Shown here one piece after another: positions 51,259 to 63,916 of a DNA stretch of 64,000 nt. A program made the translations under genes and the position numbers. This DNA comes from Cirrosporium novae-zelandiae (taxonomy: Eukaryota), in assembly GCA_026023565.1 (NCBI GenBank), contig JAPETS010000017.1:248001-312000 (forward strand), written 5' to 3'. The first letter of the stretch is position 1; each line of letters begins with the position of its first letter. Below the pieces are notes generated by a model that worked only from the letters and a program-made list of their open reading frames with translations, ran no database searches and was not told the origin of the DNA.

Positions 51259-53156
51259 TTATTTTTCCAGATCCAATCCATAACACCCCACAATCCTCCT
51301 CGCAACGCCCTCACCGCTCCACCACGCCCCCGTCACAGTCCCCAGCGCCACAAAAGGCGCCGTATGCTCTCCGGCCAACCAGACGCCCCCTTCCTCGCCC
51401 ATACCCCCAGCCTCCCTCAAGGCCTCCACATCCTCGTCGCCGTGTTCCAGTCCGATCTGGAAATTGGTGTAGCTCCCGTGGCCGGCGAAGCGGTCGTTGG
51501 TCCAGTCCGTGGCGAGGAACGCCGCGGGCGTGCAGGCCGGGTTTTCAGGGGAGTAGTTGGGGAGTAAGGAGTAGTAAGGATGGAAGAGGTCGGTGAGGAT
51601 GCGGGCGTATTTTGGGGAGGCGGGTGGGATGTGGGTGAGGCGGGTTGTGACGGCTGCGGCTAGGGGGCCGAAGATGTAGAAGAGGAGGGTGGGGTGAGCG
51701 CATGATGGGGGTAGCGCGGCTAGGGAAACGGTCTCGCAGGATGGGTGGTGGGATGATGAGGCGGGGGAGATGAGCTTCGTGAAGGTTGTGAAGCCTGGGA
51801 AGTGGGGTGACGTGTCTGCCGAGGTTGTGATGGTGGTGTTTGGGTTTAAAGGCGCTGGAATTGGCGCCGGTGGCATCATCGGTCCGTTATGTTGCGAAGC
51901 TGAGGTGGGGAGGGCTTCGTCCCAAAATGCGCATGGGAAGCTCACGTAGACCTTCTCTAGTCTGCCGTACCCAAGGTTGTCTATTGCTTCCGAGATGCGC
52001 GGGGGGAGAGGTGGTTCGAAGGCGGCTTTGTTATTCTTAAGCCAGCCTAAGGGCGTCGTGAGTACAAGCTCATCGAAGCTCATTGCTTCCCCCCCCTTAG
52101 CAGTCATGACGGAGACGTTGCCTTTGTTGTTGGCATTAGAACCGTTTCTTAGGATTTTGACCACTTCCGTTTCTAGTCGTATCATAGCGAGCTTTCGGGC
52201 GGAAGATGCAATCAGGTCGAGTATCGCTTTATAGGTGCTTGCAACGAAGAGGTTCTCTTTTTTCAAGGTTAGTACACGAATTTTATGGGGGAAGACACAC
52301 CTAAACCTACCTCCATCTATGGTTTCCTCGAGCCAAAAGAATCTCAAGCTCTGCTTCTCGATCGGGCTCCCCACATAAGCTCCCCACATCTGAGCAATAT
52401 CTATAATCATATCCTTATCCTCCTGGTCCAGATCCTTCTCATCTACTTTCTCCCGAAAAAAGTCCAGCAGGCTCTTTTCCATGGGTATTGAAGCCGAGTG
52501 CTCATTACTATGCTGGAAGGCATCTGATATTATACCCCACAGCAAGCTTGTATACTCGAGAGCCTTTTCCGAACTCAGGAGCTTTCCGTGCGGGTTGAAG
52601 ATAGCCTGCTGCTCGCCCCATTTATGCGTGACGGTCTTTGTTTCTTCAGCCAAAGTAAGTATTGGGTTATTGACGGTCCCGTGAATCCAGTTGGCCCCCC
52701 TGAAATCCATCAGTCTCGGACTCAACAGTACTATTCTAGGAATGGTTCAGCATACATATCTACAAGGTGCCCACCGCAAGTACTTTGATGTAACTACCTC
52801 ATATTAGTAACGCCCATAAAAGGAGAAATCGAATATAGTGCATGCAACCATAGCCTCTACCAAACAGAGAAAATACGTACTCGTCCACCTATTCGATTGC
52901 GAGCTTCTAGGATTGTAACTTTAACGCCATGCCTTAGGAGAACATCCGCACAACGAAGGCCGGCCACTCCGGCACCTACGACGCATACATGTGGTTTTCC
53001 TCCTTTTGGTAGAATACGTCGCATCATTTTGTTCGTACGGTCGTCTGGAGAGGGTGAATTCGGGTGATGGGGACTCAACGACAAATCCCTCTGTATCCGA
53101 GATTGCATATTATTGGTATATCTGGGTTTCTCGTGGCCATTAGCCCTGTTCTCCAT
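51259..53156 (-). CDS. Flavin-containing amine (polyamine) oxidase, about 566 aa
   Basis: Exons 53156-52881, 52793-52756, 52699-52311 and 52256-51259. Motifs [56 protein letters not shown]. The start Met is uncertain. Confidence 0.9.
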
Positions 53157-54294
53157 TGCTATGTGTAGTAGTTCTCTATGATATGCGTATTCAAGGCGTT
53201 GAAAGAAACTATAAATGAAAATCAAAGATGGGTGATGTAACGATGTAAAGGGAAGGGAAGTTTCAATATTGTTAAGAGTTATTGAAGCAGATAGGGCCAA
53301 GATATGGAAGGGGAAAGGCAAATACGTGGATCTTATATAAATATAGTGGCAGGTCTGGTTTCGGCAGCTGCATTTTTGGGGTCAACTGCAAATAATTTTG
53401 TAGCGCTCCAAGATAATGACGCAAGGAGATAAAAAAGCGCTCGATCGCTAGCCTCGTGACTCGTTAGAGCAACCATGTTAAAGAATTTCAAAATTAAAGA
53501 GTTGGTTTATTTTAGTGATAAAAAGTTGGATAAAGAAGTGTACTCCAGCCTTTCTGCATTAGCAGGAAGGAGGAAGATGTGGTAAGATGGCGCAGGCGAA
53601 AAGATGTTTGTGGCCTTATACCTTGATGATAGAACCTGCCTAATACTACACGACAATTCAGATATCAACAAAGAGAAAGATTTAAAGACACTAGGTTATA
53701 TATAGGAAGAGTACGTCTGAAAAGCGCAAAAAGTTGGCGTCTAGTTCTAGCTTAATCTGTAATGCATGTAAGATTGTTCTTATCAGTGACGAGGGGCACC
53801 CATCTCGTGTAGGAGGAACAACATTCATTATTCTCCAAGGTACTTTCGAAAGTATTCCACTGTAACTAACCGAGCCTTTCTCTTAACGTATGAAATCTAA
53901 TACGTATAAAATGATCCTAGAAATACAAGTATAGCTAATGCTGCTCAATTTGATGACTCTCTACCTATATACAGAGAGAGCTTGCATATCCTGCACGAAC
54001 AATTTTTTGTTCTGAGCTGCTAAAGCTTCTTCTGCCTCGCAAAGAACTTCTGTCTGTTAGAAGCCCAAGGGTATCATTGCAAGACACGTCACGATCATGC
54101 ACATCATTAAATGTGCGAGAAATATCAAACGACCCAGAACAACATCCCACAACCAGAAAAAGACCGCTTATGCAACCATCCTACCGTGATGACCCAGTAT
54201 CCTTGCCTTGGAAATTTCATATCAACGCCATAGCTATGCGGAGTCGTCAAGTATATCTGACGTGCAACAATGGATCACCCATTGCTTATTCATT

Positions 54295-55332
54295 TTAATC
54301 CTCCCAAATTGTCTCCAAATCCAGATCTTGTCTCCTCTCTGCTCCACAAACACTCCATCGCTTTCTTTTGTCCCTGTTACCATAACTTCCTAAAGTCATG
54401 TTCCTCCCCCTTTCTCTATTGCCGTTCAACATGTCAGAACTACTCCGTCTCTTGATATCATCTGAATCGTGCAGTCTCGTCGCCTCGGCATCCGCTGCAG
54501 CCTTTAAGCGAGCAATTCGTTCGGCTTCAAGCGCAGCAGCAGCTTCTTCGGCATCAGAGGTATCAGGTATTGTCTCGAGAGATGAAATGCTTGGGCTGCG
54601 AGAACGAAGTGATGTCGGAGTCGAAGGCATGGACGACGAAGTTGAAAATGGAAAGGCCGATGGATACGACTCGTTAAACTTTGTAGGAGCAAGTAGAGGG
54701 GAGGAATTTGTAGAACTAAAGACCGGCGAAGGCATTGATTGAATGAGAGGGGATGAAGGCCTCCGACGAGTTCGAGGAAATGCTTGTGAATTTGGAAACA
54801 TAGGGCTCGTCATGGCTTCGTTATCACTATTTCCCCTGCTTGGAGTCTCCAGTTCATGGTGTTCAGAAATGGTTTCTCGTATTCCTAATGCACCGTAAGA
54901 TGACTGAGATTCTTCCATCGACCTTCGATATGGACTTGCTCGTCGAACAGGAGGGCCTAGAGGGCTGCATGGTCTTCTGTTGAGCAATGAACCGTAAGTT
55001 CGAATAGTAGTATCTAGTCCAGGGGATGAATGAGCTCGTGTCATTGGTGGAGCGCCTAGTGGACTAGCAGAATAAGACCGTAGATGACCTCGGGCGAATG
55101 GTGAGTGGTTTCGAGTTCTGTAAGGCAATGGTCCGGAGAGGTCAGGCTGTTGCATTGAAATAGAAGTTGACGGGGTAGGAGCAGTGGCGCGTCTAGTTGT
55201 TAGAGGCCGGGGTTGTACTATTTCGACTGAGACCTTGCTGACGGGAAGGGTTGTTGACATCTCCATGTCGGAGAGGTCAGAGGTAGGTTTTGTATGTGCC
55301 GCCATTGGAAGTTGGATGCTGGGAGGAGCCAT
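54295..55332 (-). CDS. Conserved fungal Pro/Ser-rich hypothetical protein
   Basis: Long ORF, first ATG at 55332. The C-terminus RDKRKRWSVCGAERRQDLDLETIWED and internal RSPSISSLETIPD match a Pezizomycotina family I recall. Confidence 0.8.
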   Translation of the reverse strand: MAPPSIQLPMAAHTKPTSDLSDMEMSTTLPVSKVSVEIVQPRPLTTRRATAPTPSTSISMQQPDLSGPLPYRTRNHSPFARGHLRSYSASPLGAPPMTRAHSSPGLDTTIRTYGSLLNRRPCSPLGPPVRRASPYRRSMEESQSSYGALGIRETISEHHELETPSRGNSDNEAMTSPMFPNSQAFPRTRRRPSSPLIQSMPSPVFSSTNSSPLLAPTKFNESYPSAFPFSTSSSMPSTPTSLRSRSPSISSLETIPDTSDAEEAAAALEAERIARLKAAADAEATRLHDSDDIKRRSSSDMLNGNRERGRNMTLGSYGNRDKRKRWSVCGAERRQDLDLETIWED

Positions 55333-56352
55333 GACTATCATCAACAGCGTCAAGCCACTTAACTAGCGAGCTTTGTCTAGTCCAAGTAGTTGACAGGGTA
55401 ATCGACAATAGATGAACCAGCAGGAAGCTGAAGCTCGATATACTGGTGAGGTAGATTTTGAAAGACGTAAACACAGGATAGAATGTTTGGAGAACTTCCA
55501 GAAGACCGGTGAAGGTTCTTTGTTATGTCCAGTAAAGGCAGTTCGTGTTGGAGAGTCTGAGGTACGGGTAACCTAGCAAGCATCATTGAGCGTGGATCAT
55601 GAATGCTCAGACGGGTTCAAAGGAACTCCTATGTCTTCGGATAGGTCGAACGTTGGAGGAACGGGGGCGGTGAAGAAGGTTGGAAAGTGATGGAACGGAC
55701 AGGCCAAGTGAAGGAAAGTCAGAGGTTAATCAATGATCGAAGAGACCAAGATGAAGTATGGGGGAAAGGAGACATGCACAGCTGCTCGATTGAACACTGG
55801 ATGCATAGTCATGGAAGATATGTATCCTAATCAATCAGTTTTCGATCAGTACATACACACAGATTCTTGGGTCAGCAGCCAAAAAGCTGGGGAAAGGGTC
55901 CAAAAGATGATCTGGGCTACTTCCAGAGTTGTACGAGGTCAAGGGGAGGGAAGGGAAGGGAAGGGAAGGGGGGGGGGGCCTGAAAAATGATGGAAAGCAA
56001 CAGGCAATATTGTCCAAGCAGAGCAGTCAGCACTCACCAGTGATTTAATGGTCAGTTAAGTCCGAAAGGGTCACGACATGCAGAGATATGCAGATGGCCA
56101 AATGCCATTTCCCTTTTTTGAATCGAATAAGGACGATGATGATAAACCTTGGGAAGGAAGCAGTTAAACTAAGCCCTCTTTTTTCTCTTCAAGAAGCAAT
56201 AATTAACTAATAATTAATTTAATAAAGAAGAGGCATTACAAACTACAACTAGACTAGAAAGTACCAATAAATCATCGAATAATTTAACGAATAACCGATT
56301 AGCCGACTGCCCGCATTCCAAGCCTCAGGCAACAATAATTAATACTAAGTAC

Positions 56353-56468
56353 AAAAGGAAAAAGGAAAAGGAAAAGGAAAAGGAAAAGGAAAAGGAAAAG
56401 GAAAAAGGAAAGAGGGTCCGAGGGAAGAAAGCCAAGGAACCAAGGAACCAAGGAACCAAGGAACCAAG
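56353..56468. repeat. Tandem repeats (GAAAAG)n and (CCAAGGAA)n
   Basis: About 9-10 copies of the hexamer at 56353-56412 and about 4.5 copies of the octamer at 56432-56468. Confidence 0.85.
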
Positions 56469-57276
56469 TAAGCAATAAATCAAGCGTTCAATCAAACCAA
56501 AAACACCCCTCAAGGGATCAAAAACCAAGGGACCTTAGACCTCTCCTCTCCTGTCAATCCGTCGTCAATCGTCAAACCCTTGGGTTTTTTGACCTGCTTT
56601 AGGCCCTACCTTAACTAACCCCCCCCCCCCTTGCCCCCTCGAGCTCATGTCTCTCTGTCTTAATTAAGGTTTATTATCGTCCATATCTATCCCACATCAC
56701 CCCAATTCTAACATTTCTCATTCTCATCTCCAACTTCCACAAAACTTAGATGACCTTGCCCCCTCCAATCACGAGTCGACTGCTTTAGGGCCATCTGATC
56801 AATTGTTAACTCACCTGCCCTACCCTATTCACTTGCGACATCCATTTGAAAAAAAATAATTCATCCTGGTATTGCTTTATTACTTTGGATGAATGGTTAC
56901 ACGTGATCGTTATTCGGGGAATAATTTGGATCAAGGGTGACTAGGCGGACCACAATGAAAATGTTACAACTACAAGTACTCAATGGATGAGATCGTTTCA
57001 ACTAACAATTGCATTGTGAACGATGCCTGTAGCGTTCTTTACCAAGATATTTTTTCGTGGTAGTTCCGTGGTATCTAAGAAAATCAAACCAAACCAAACG
57101 CCGGGTCAAAATCCTCTTCTGACCATCTAATTCCTCAGTGGCTCTTTATTCCATTCCGTGCCCATCTAACATCTAGCCCAAACTATTGATATACCCTCCG
57201 AAAGGACCAAACTCCTATAGCTATGCATTGCTAAGGCGATAAGAAACCTCAGACGATGGTTTGACTAATCATCCGC

Positions 57277-58712
57277 TCATGCAGTTATAGCGTTGGGATT
57301 GCCCACGGTAACCAGGGGAGATTCTACGTTGTCATCAACAACTGCAGAGGCATGATCCTGAAGTAGACTCATGGCATCCAAACCAGCAGCAGCTTCAGTA
57401 ATCCGGGCCCGAAGAGCCTTGGTGAATTCACGGGCCATACCGTGCTTGACAGCATCGAGAACGGTATCAACAGTTGCCTTGGGCTTGAAGGCAGGCTCAG
57501 TTCCTGGCTGGTAGACACCGGATTTGACAAGGATAGAATACCATTCATTGGTGGCCTTGCCTGAATCGTTGAACTCATTTGTACCGCGAATATCCGACTC
57601 CGGGGTGTCGCCGACAAAGTATACCGTCTCTGGGGGCTGGTTAATGCCATGGGTCTCTTTCCTCCATTGTTGTAATAAGCGCGTTGCAAACTGATAAGTA
57701 CCGATCTGGGGTTTTCCAAACGCAGTCGTGTGCGCCTCTTTGCCAGTAACGGCCTTGAACAAGGCTTCCACAGATGTCCGCAAAGCACCCATACCAATTC
57801 TAACAAAGTCATAGGCTGTAGCCCAGACGATGTCGTTGTGAGAGAAGAAAACCGGAGGGCCCTCGTCAAAAGTCTCAGAACGTGTGCCAAGTCTGCCATT
57901 CTTTGACATCATAAGGTCAAGAATGATTTGCTGATCCGAGGCCCATGCACGACTGTCAGCAAATACAAAGATGGCTTCGATATCGACTTGAGAGAAATCC
58001 CGTGATCGCGAATTCTTGTATTCTTCTGCGGTCAAGGTGCGGAAGGGGGTAGTTTCTTTGTTGTCCTTGATGATATCGCCAGGAGTGACTACATCCGTGA
58101 ATCCGTATCCCTCTGCAACGTGACGGCACTTTTCACCCTCACCACCAACAACAAGCACAGTTTTGTACTTCTCAGCCATTTCTCTCATAGGAGTGTGACC
58201 GCAGATGAATTGTCCGGGTGACACCTCCATGTCAAGCTGCTTGCTTAGTTGGAGGCATCTCTCTTGCTCGGTTTTACCGCCGCCGTTTGTTACGAAAATA
58301 TAAGGTCTTCCCGAGATTAGTTATAGAATTTTGAAGATGAGCTAGGAGCATACATTTTAATGCCATATTCATTTTCTCCGTTGAGGACTTTCATAGCTTC
58401 AATAGCTTCTGGAATGACATGGCCACCACGGATCAGAACACCATCGATATCAAATGCAAAGGCATATTTGTCTGTGACGGTTGTTGGGGGTGGTGTCTGC
58501 GGTGTTGAGCCCTGAGAGAGGTCCTCGAGATGGTGCTTAGCCATCTCCATAGTGGCGGCGGTCTCATGGGCATTACTAGGGCTCATCATGTGTTTTGGAG
58601 GAACGACAACTGTTGGACTATTTGCCATCTCTTCGGAAGTGGCATTGACAGAAGATACCCGTCTTACCTTGCCCTTCACAGAGGGAGGTGCAAGTTCGAA
58701 GGCGGCAGGCAT
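57277..58712 (-). CDS. HAD-superfamily class IIA hydrolase (CECR5/HDHD5-like), about 462 aa
   Basis: Exons 58712-58354 and 58306-57277. Motifs FAFDIDGVL, PYIFVTNGGG, FGKP, YFVGDTPESDIRG. Confidence 0.92.
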
Positions 58713-59366
58713 ATTGATGGTATTGTGGGTTGTTCCCGTCTTATAAAAGTGGGTCTATTGGGGTAGTAAGGTGGAGATGATGGGGATCTGGGAGATTATA
58801 TGCAATGGCGGAAAGTTTCTATGACAGTTTGATATGGACAAAGTGTTGAAGATTTTGGCCTTGGAAGAAGAGGCTAGTAAAAAAAGGGATTGCTTCGAAG
58901 GACTTGCCTGAGCAAACAACACATGGACTGATGAAGGAAAAAGCATTGTGATCATGGTGCGAGCCTCTGAATATATAGAAACGGAGATGGCAATACTGGT
59001 TCCCAGAGAGACCAGCTTGAAACTCGACTGCAGGGACCACTTCCAGAAACCAAAAGTGTAATGGCCCACATGGTTGAATAGAGTTCGCTTTCCTATTACT
59101 CGAAATGTGGGTATCCATGCTTTGACCAGGAGGCAGTGAGTGTGCACTGAATGCGTCTGTTATCTGTTGTAGTCTTGTAGAGGATGGATTAGCTAGAGCG
59201 ATTGGGCCATAATGGCTTGATAGAAAGTAACAAAGAATCAAACAGTGGGGATATGTGAGAATTGAGGATGCTTTTGACGGTGCTACTGGGTAGTGATGAC
59301 GTCGATTGATGACCCTACTGTAGACGGAAAATGGGTCTGTTTGCAGCATCTGTCCGCAGGTCCAGA

Positions 59367-59420
59367 GAACCAAAGGAACCAAAGGAACCAAGGGGACCAT
59401 TAGGGACCATTAGAGACCAT
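59367..59420. repeat. Degenerate tandem repeat GGAACCAAA / GGGACCATTA
   Basis: gaaccaaag-gaaccaaag-gaaccaagg-ggaccattag-ggaccattag-agaccat. Confidence 0.75.
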
Positions 59421-61565
59421 AATTACACAGTACCATTGTCCATGGTGATCGACCCAGGAAAATAGTGTCCAGTATACACAAGTACCTTTCAACATACCTT
59501 TCACTGAAACGGTAATCCATAGCCTTCGGTCCTTCCATTTTTAGCCTTTACGCCGTGTAGTGTGCCCCAAGATTACCCTAAGATGACCATTCCTAAAACA
59601 TACTTGACGACATGCCTGGGGGTCTCATTAGTCAAAGATGTGAAAGGGTAAGGGTTAGTTTGCATATCATCTCATATCATCTCATATTATCTCATTATTT
59701 TTTTATGAATGCGAAACCATCAACCAATGACCCCAGCATGTGACAACGGTACGGATCAACAAAAGAAGAAGAAGAAAAAAAAAACTCTGACAGCTGTTTA
59801 TTCAAAACAAAAGGGCGTCGAGAGGCGTTGAGATGCTTTCCAAGAGACGTGAAGAGGCTTGAAGGGAGGCGTCAAGCGGTAGGAAAGCTTGTAGCCCTAA
59901 AGAAGACAGTCGCGAATAGGATAGGCTTTGACTGCCGAAGTCGCACCCTCTCTTCCCTCTATCTCTCTTACGGATGGCTGGAATGTTTCGGAGCAGGGGA
60001 AGATTGCGAAAAGTTGAGAAAGCTGAAGATAATTACCGGGGTGTACATCTCTGACCGACCTTTTCACTTTTCGCCTGCACACCGAGTGAGGTAACTGTGG
60101 TAATTCACGTAATTGTGCGTAATAATCAGAACACTATAGGCCGCCGATGCCTGCCAATTCGCTCAAGTGCCTTTAGCCCACGGCTGCTTATCGCCAACCG
60201 CTTTTGACGTCAAGCTGCATCGTTCCCGGTATTTCACGAAAGAGACTTGTTAGGGACTGCTAGGGCTACTCGAGTTACAAGGACCCCATACAGCCATTTG
60301 TAACTTAGTCGATTTGTAGATTATATCCTGCATACAAGTACAAAATAATACCCTTGGCAGGAGTCGGAGGAGTCGCTGTACAAACCCTCCCTGGTCACCT
60401 CTTTTTTTTTCAGCCTCTGCCGCCAACGTCGCAGATTGTAACCACAGCGCACACATCTTGAACCCTAAACTCAAACTACTTTTAATCTTAATCACCTTGG
60501 TCCATGCCACTCTACCATTTATATCCCACCCTCTCAGTCCTTTAGCGTTGCGATCCATCCCATCGCTTTTAACTAGGTATCATCATCATTTCAATCTCTC
60601 TATGCCTTTCTCCTACCCTGCCAGTTCATCTTCACTTTATTTTCCACGCTGCCGGTGGGGCTTGGCGGGTCCTGGCCTGACTGCACATTATCAGCATGAA
60701 TAATCCTCTCACTCTTGGTGACTACTTTTTGGTAGTTAATGATAATAATAGGCAGTAGTACGTACCTTAGCTTTTGAACCTCTCCCATCTAGTATATCTA
60801 GACCCAGTCTCTCGCATTGCCAGTCGAGCCCTTTACCCAATATCATTCGCTGCTAATGCCATCTCTATGATCCTTTCAACGACGGGGTACTCTTAACAGA
60901 ATTCTAATGCTACCTCATAAGAGGACTAGAAGCGAGAACTACGCAGCTAACTAGGATACTAGCATAACAGAAATAGCAGGCAAATTACGGCTTCGCTCTC
61001 AGATAATCTACAAGGCCATAAACCTGAGGGTTGCAGGCGTCAGAATGGAATACTCTAGATAGCAAGATTTTCCTCCGTGATAACTCAAAAACATAAAGGT
61101 TCAAACGTCTTAACCGATGCTACCGAGGTAGATGTTCCAACTGACATCTATCGAGACGCTTTTCCCATGTGGCCTCGCGTCTACTACTTTATGGCTGGTC
61201 TCCCTGTACTAGTCATATGTACCTAGCCAAGGAATATATGCCTTGCAAGATGCGGCATTTATACTTCAACCTCGAAATCAACTCTTGCAGTCTACCCTGC
61301 ATTTCTCCATGTTTTAAGGAAATAAATATGGGGTAAAATGTGACAGGACGTCCATCAACCATGAGATGCTTCAGCTCTGACGAAGTAATGCATGGTTGGT
61401 TTGTGATATTTCTATAGTCCAATGCTGTCTGACGCAATCCTCAGTCCAGTCTCTTACTGCTTCCTTCCAGTAACCGATGAAATTAATTTCCTTTGATGCT
61501 GCCGAAATTAAGAAAACTTTCGAGAGTTGGCTTTGTGGGGCTTATCTAAATTCGGGTTGTTTGCT

Positions 61566-63494
61566 CTAAGTGGCCTCCACACGAGACCCGTTTTGTGGAG
61601 GAGGGATGAAGACACCTTTGTCGATTTTCCAGCCTTTACCTTTCAGCCCTTTCCACACTTCCCCAACTTTGTACCGCACAAGGTCACCGGCAGCTCGTGC
61701 ATCCTCCTTCGAATCGTGACCTTGAGCGCCGCCATCTGTCTGAATGTCCCTATCTAGATATTTCTTAACAAGCATCTTCAGTCCGTAGCGATATGGTAGT
61801 TTTGCTGGATGGGGGTACAACAGGACTGTGTCAATCACAGAGGGATGGATAATTCTAACGGCGTTCAGGTCGTTTTCGATGGCATGTCCAATTAGAGGTG
61901 TCTCAGGACTTAGATGTTGGAAGAGAAGCTCTCGAGCAGCCTTGGGCGAGTTAACTATCTGCAGTGACTTCTCTGTCTTGTTCTGAGAATCACCCCCAGA
62001 AAGACTGTTATGAGATTTTGCATTTGCAAATTGCTCAGGCCAGACGCCAGAATATCTCGAATTGAGGTCCAAGATCTCACCTAATGGCCTGACAAGGACA
62101 TCCAAGGCCTCTTCTCCCGTGGGCCATTTGGTAGCTGTTAGACGAATCAATTCCATTCCATAGGTTGTATAGCCCATTTCACAATCGAAACAAAGTGCTT
62201 GATCAGCAGACTTGTTCGTTGCCTCCGGAGTTCTCTCAAATTGAAGAATAGATGCAAGCCTTTTGGCTTCCGAGACTTTAAAAACGTGCGTCTCTGATGT
62301 AGTACAGCCGAGAGACTGGCCTACAGATTCATTGCAACATGGATAGTATGCTTCACGTTGCTCTGAGCTTTTATCCATTTTCTTTTTTTGAGGTCGGATA
62401 GGCCTCGCACAGTGATACGTGCATTTTCCACCCGAGGTTAAAGCACCATCTTCTCTCCTACCAGGAAATACCTGGAATCGAGTTTTGCAACGATCGCATT
62501 CTTCGAAACCCAGTGACGACTCAACGCCCTTTGATGCCGAGGCAATTTCTGTATTGGTAGGTGGTGAGTTCACATATCCATGGCTCTCAAGACTGCGAAG
62601 AGACGTGAGCAGCTTTGGCAATAGCCAAAGTTCTTCATCAACGCTCAAACCAGTTACTACCTGGCTATCTGTCTGCTTTTTAGGGTTGACATCTTTTGGC
62701 GGGAGTTTTTGGGCAAGTATCTCCTGAAGGGACTTTTTCCATTCGTTGACTTTCATCTTCATCAGAGCAACAATGCGCAACTTCACGACATTGCCATAAA
62801 TAGATGGATTTTCAACCGCAGCCTTCTCCTCTTCATCTAAAGCCATTACAATGAGGTCTTCTTTGGAAAGAATCAATCCCATTTCGTCAGGACTATGGGA
62901 TTTTACGACCTCATCGTTTAGACGCGTCATTTGTTGGTGAAGTTTTGTTAATATAGATATACGAATGGTATGGGATGCAGGAGGTCTTGGAAGCAACCGC
63001 GGGTTCAGTGACTCCTTCTTAGTGTGGAGAGTTTTACTGCTTGTTAATTTAGCTGATAGTTGAGATGCTGACTCTGAAATTGGTTTCTTTGAAGCTTGAG
63101 TTGCTTTTTCCCGGTCTGGTTGTGTTTGGAGGGGAGGTGGCGATATCTCTCTCTTCGATTGAGATGTTGTGCTTCCATTTTTGTTAATTGGTCTTGGAGG
63201 GAGAGATGCCCTTTTAATCGTTAATGTGTTTGGCTTTGACACTGCTGTACTGCACTGCTGTTCATGTTCTCCGGCGGATCTTGAAAGGCGGGCATCCTCC
63301 AATCGTGGCTTCTTGCGCGCCGGTTGTCCATCAAATTGGCTAGAACCATTTGAGATATCTTCTGCTGTTGATAATGGATTTTTACCCAACACGACTGGGG
63401 GGTCAATAATATGAGAGAATATGCAGTTAATAAGGTGACACTGCTCCTGCTCTGGGCATCGAACCTCCTTGAACAAAGAGGTTGGACTGAACAT
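61566..63494 (-). CDS. REX3: RNA exonuclease 3 (DEDDh family), about 642 aa
   Basis: Single exon. Motifs CFDCEMGYTTYGMELIR, LDLNSRYSGV, LIGHAIENDLNAVRIIH, IDTVLLY, GHDSKEDARAA, plus the upstream CDRC..CTYH Cys cluster. Confidence 0.93.
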   Translation of the reverse strand: MFSPTSLFKEVRCPEQEQCHLINCIFSHIIDPPVVLGKNPLSTAEDISNGSSQFDGQPARKKPRLEDARLSRSAGEHEQQCSTAVSKPNTLTIKRASLPPRPINKNGSTTSQSKREISPPPLQTQPDREKATQASKKPISESASQLSAKLTSSKTLHTKKESLNPRLLPRPPASHTIRISILTKLHQQMTRLNDEVVKSHSPDEMGLILSKEDLIVMALDEEEKAAVENPSIYGNVVKLRIVALMKMKVNEWKKSLQEILAQKLPPKDVNPKKQTDSQVVTGLSVDEELWLLPKLLTSLRSLESHGYVNSPPTNTEIASASKGVESSLGFEECDRCKTRFQVFPGRREDGALTSGGKCTYHCARPIRPQKKKMDKSSEQREAYYPCCNESVGQSLGCTTSETHVFKVSEAKRLASILQFERTPEATNKSADQALCFDCEMGYTTYGMELIRLTATKWPTGEEALDVLVRPLGEILDLNSRYSGVWPEQFANAKSHNSLSGGDSQNKTEKSLQIVNSPKAARELLFQHLSPETPLIGHAIENDLNAVRIIHPSVIDTVLLYPHPAKLPYRYGLKMLVKKYLDRDIQTDGGAQGHDSKEDARAAGDLVRYKVGEVWKGLKGKGWKIDKGVFIPPPQNGSRVEAT

Positions 63495-63744
63495 CCTGGA
63501 TTGTGAGCCGCAGCCAACCAAAGTGGGTGTTGGCGTTGTTATCAGGCTTGGTAGTCGGGGTTCAAATTGTAAATAGAAGTGAGTGGGTCTAATGCCTTGA
63601 ATAGGAGAATTAAGATAGTCAGAGTAAGGCTATCTTCACCTCATTATTTCACCGTTCAATGATACGCACGGGCTCATCCCAAGACAAAATAAATGATATC
63701 TATGGCAAGGAATGCTTCTAGTGAATCGGATTTTTAGAAAAGCA

Positions 63745-63916
63745 TTACCTCCTTCCCCTTCTCCCCAGCTCGCTCTTGTACCACGCAACACCAACTTCTC
63801 TCAGCAAGACTTGGACTGAGACCTGGCTGAGACAGACCTCGAGCAGATTGGACCCTAAAATGTAAGTCAACATTTCTTTTCCCAAGCTAGATAACCGGAG
63901 TCCTACAAATTCAAGC
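63745..63916 (-). CDS. Possible terminal exon(s) of a gene entering from the right edge
   Basis: Branch/acceptor GCTAAT..CAG near 63917, followed by an open frame ending LLREVGVAWYKSELGRRGRR*. Product and frame not established. Confidence 0.3.

Noticed and set aside
51189..52788. Multiple plus-strand ORFs over the amine oxidase
   Set aside because: Antisense shadows favoured by high GC.
56353..56468. Tandem repeats as a CRISPR-like array
   Set aside because: Short simple repeats without unique spacers, in a eukaryotic genome.
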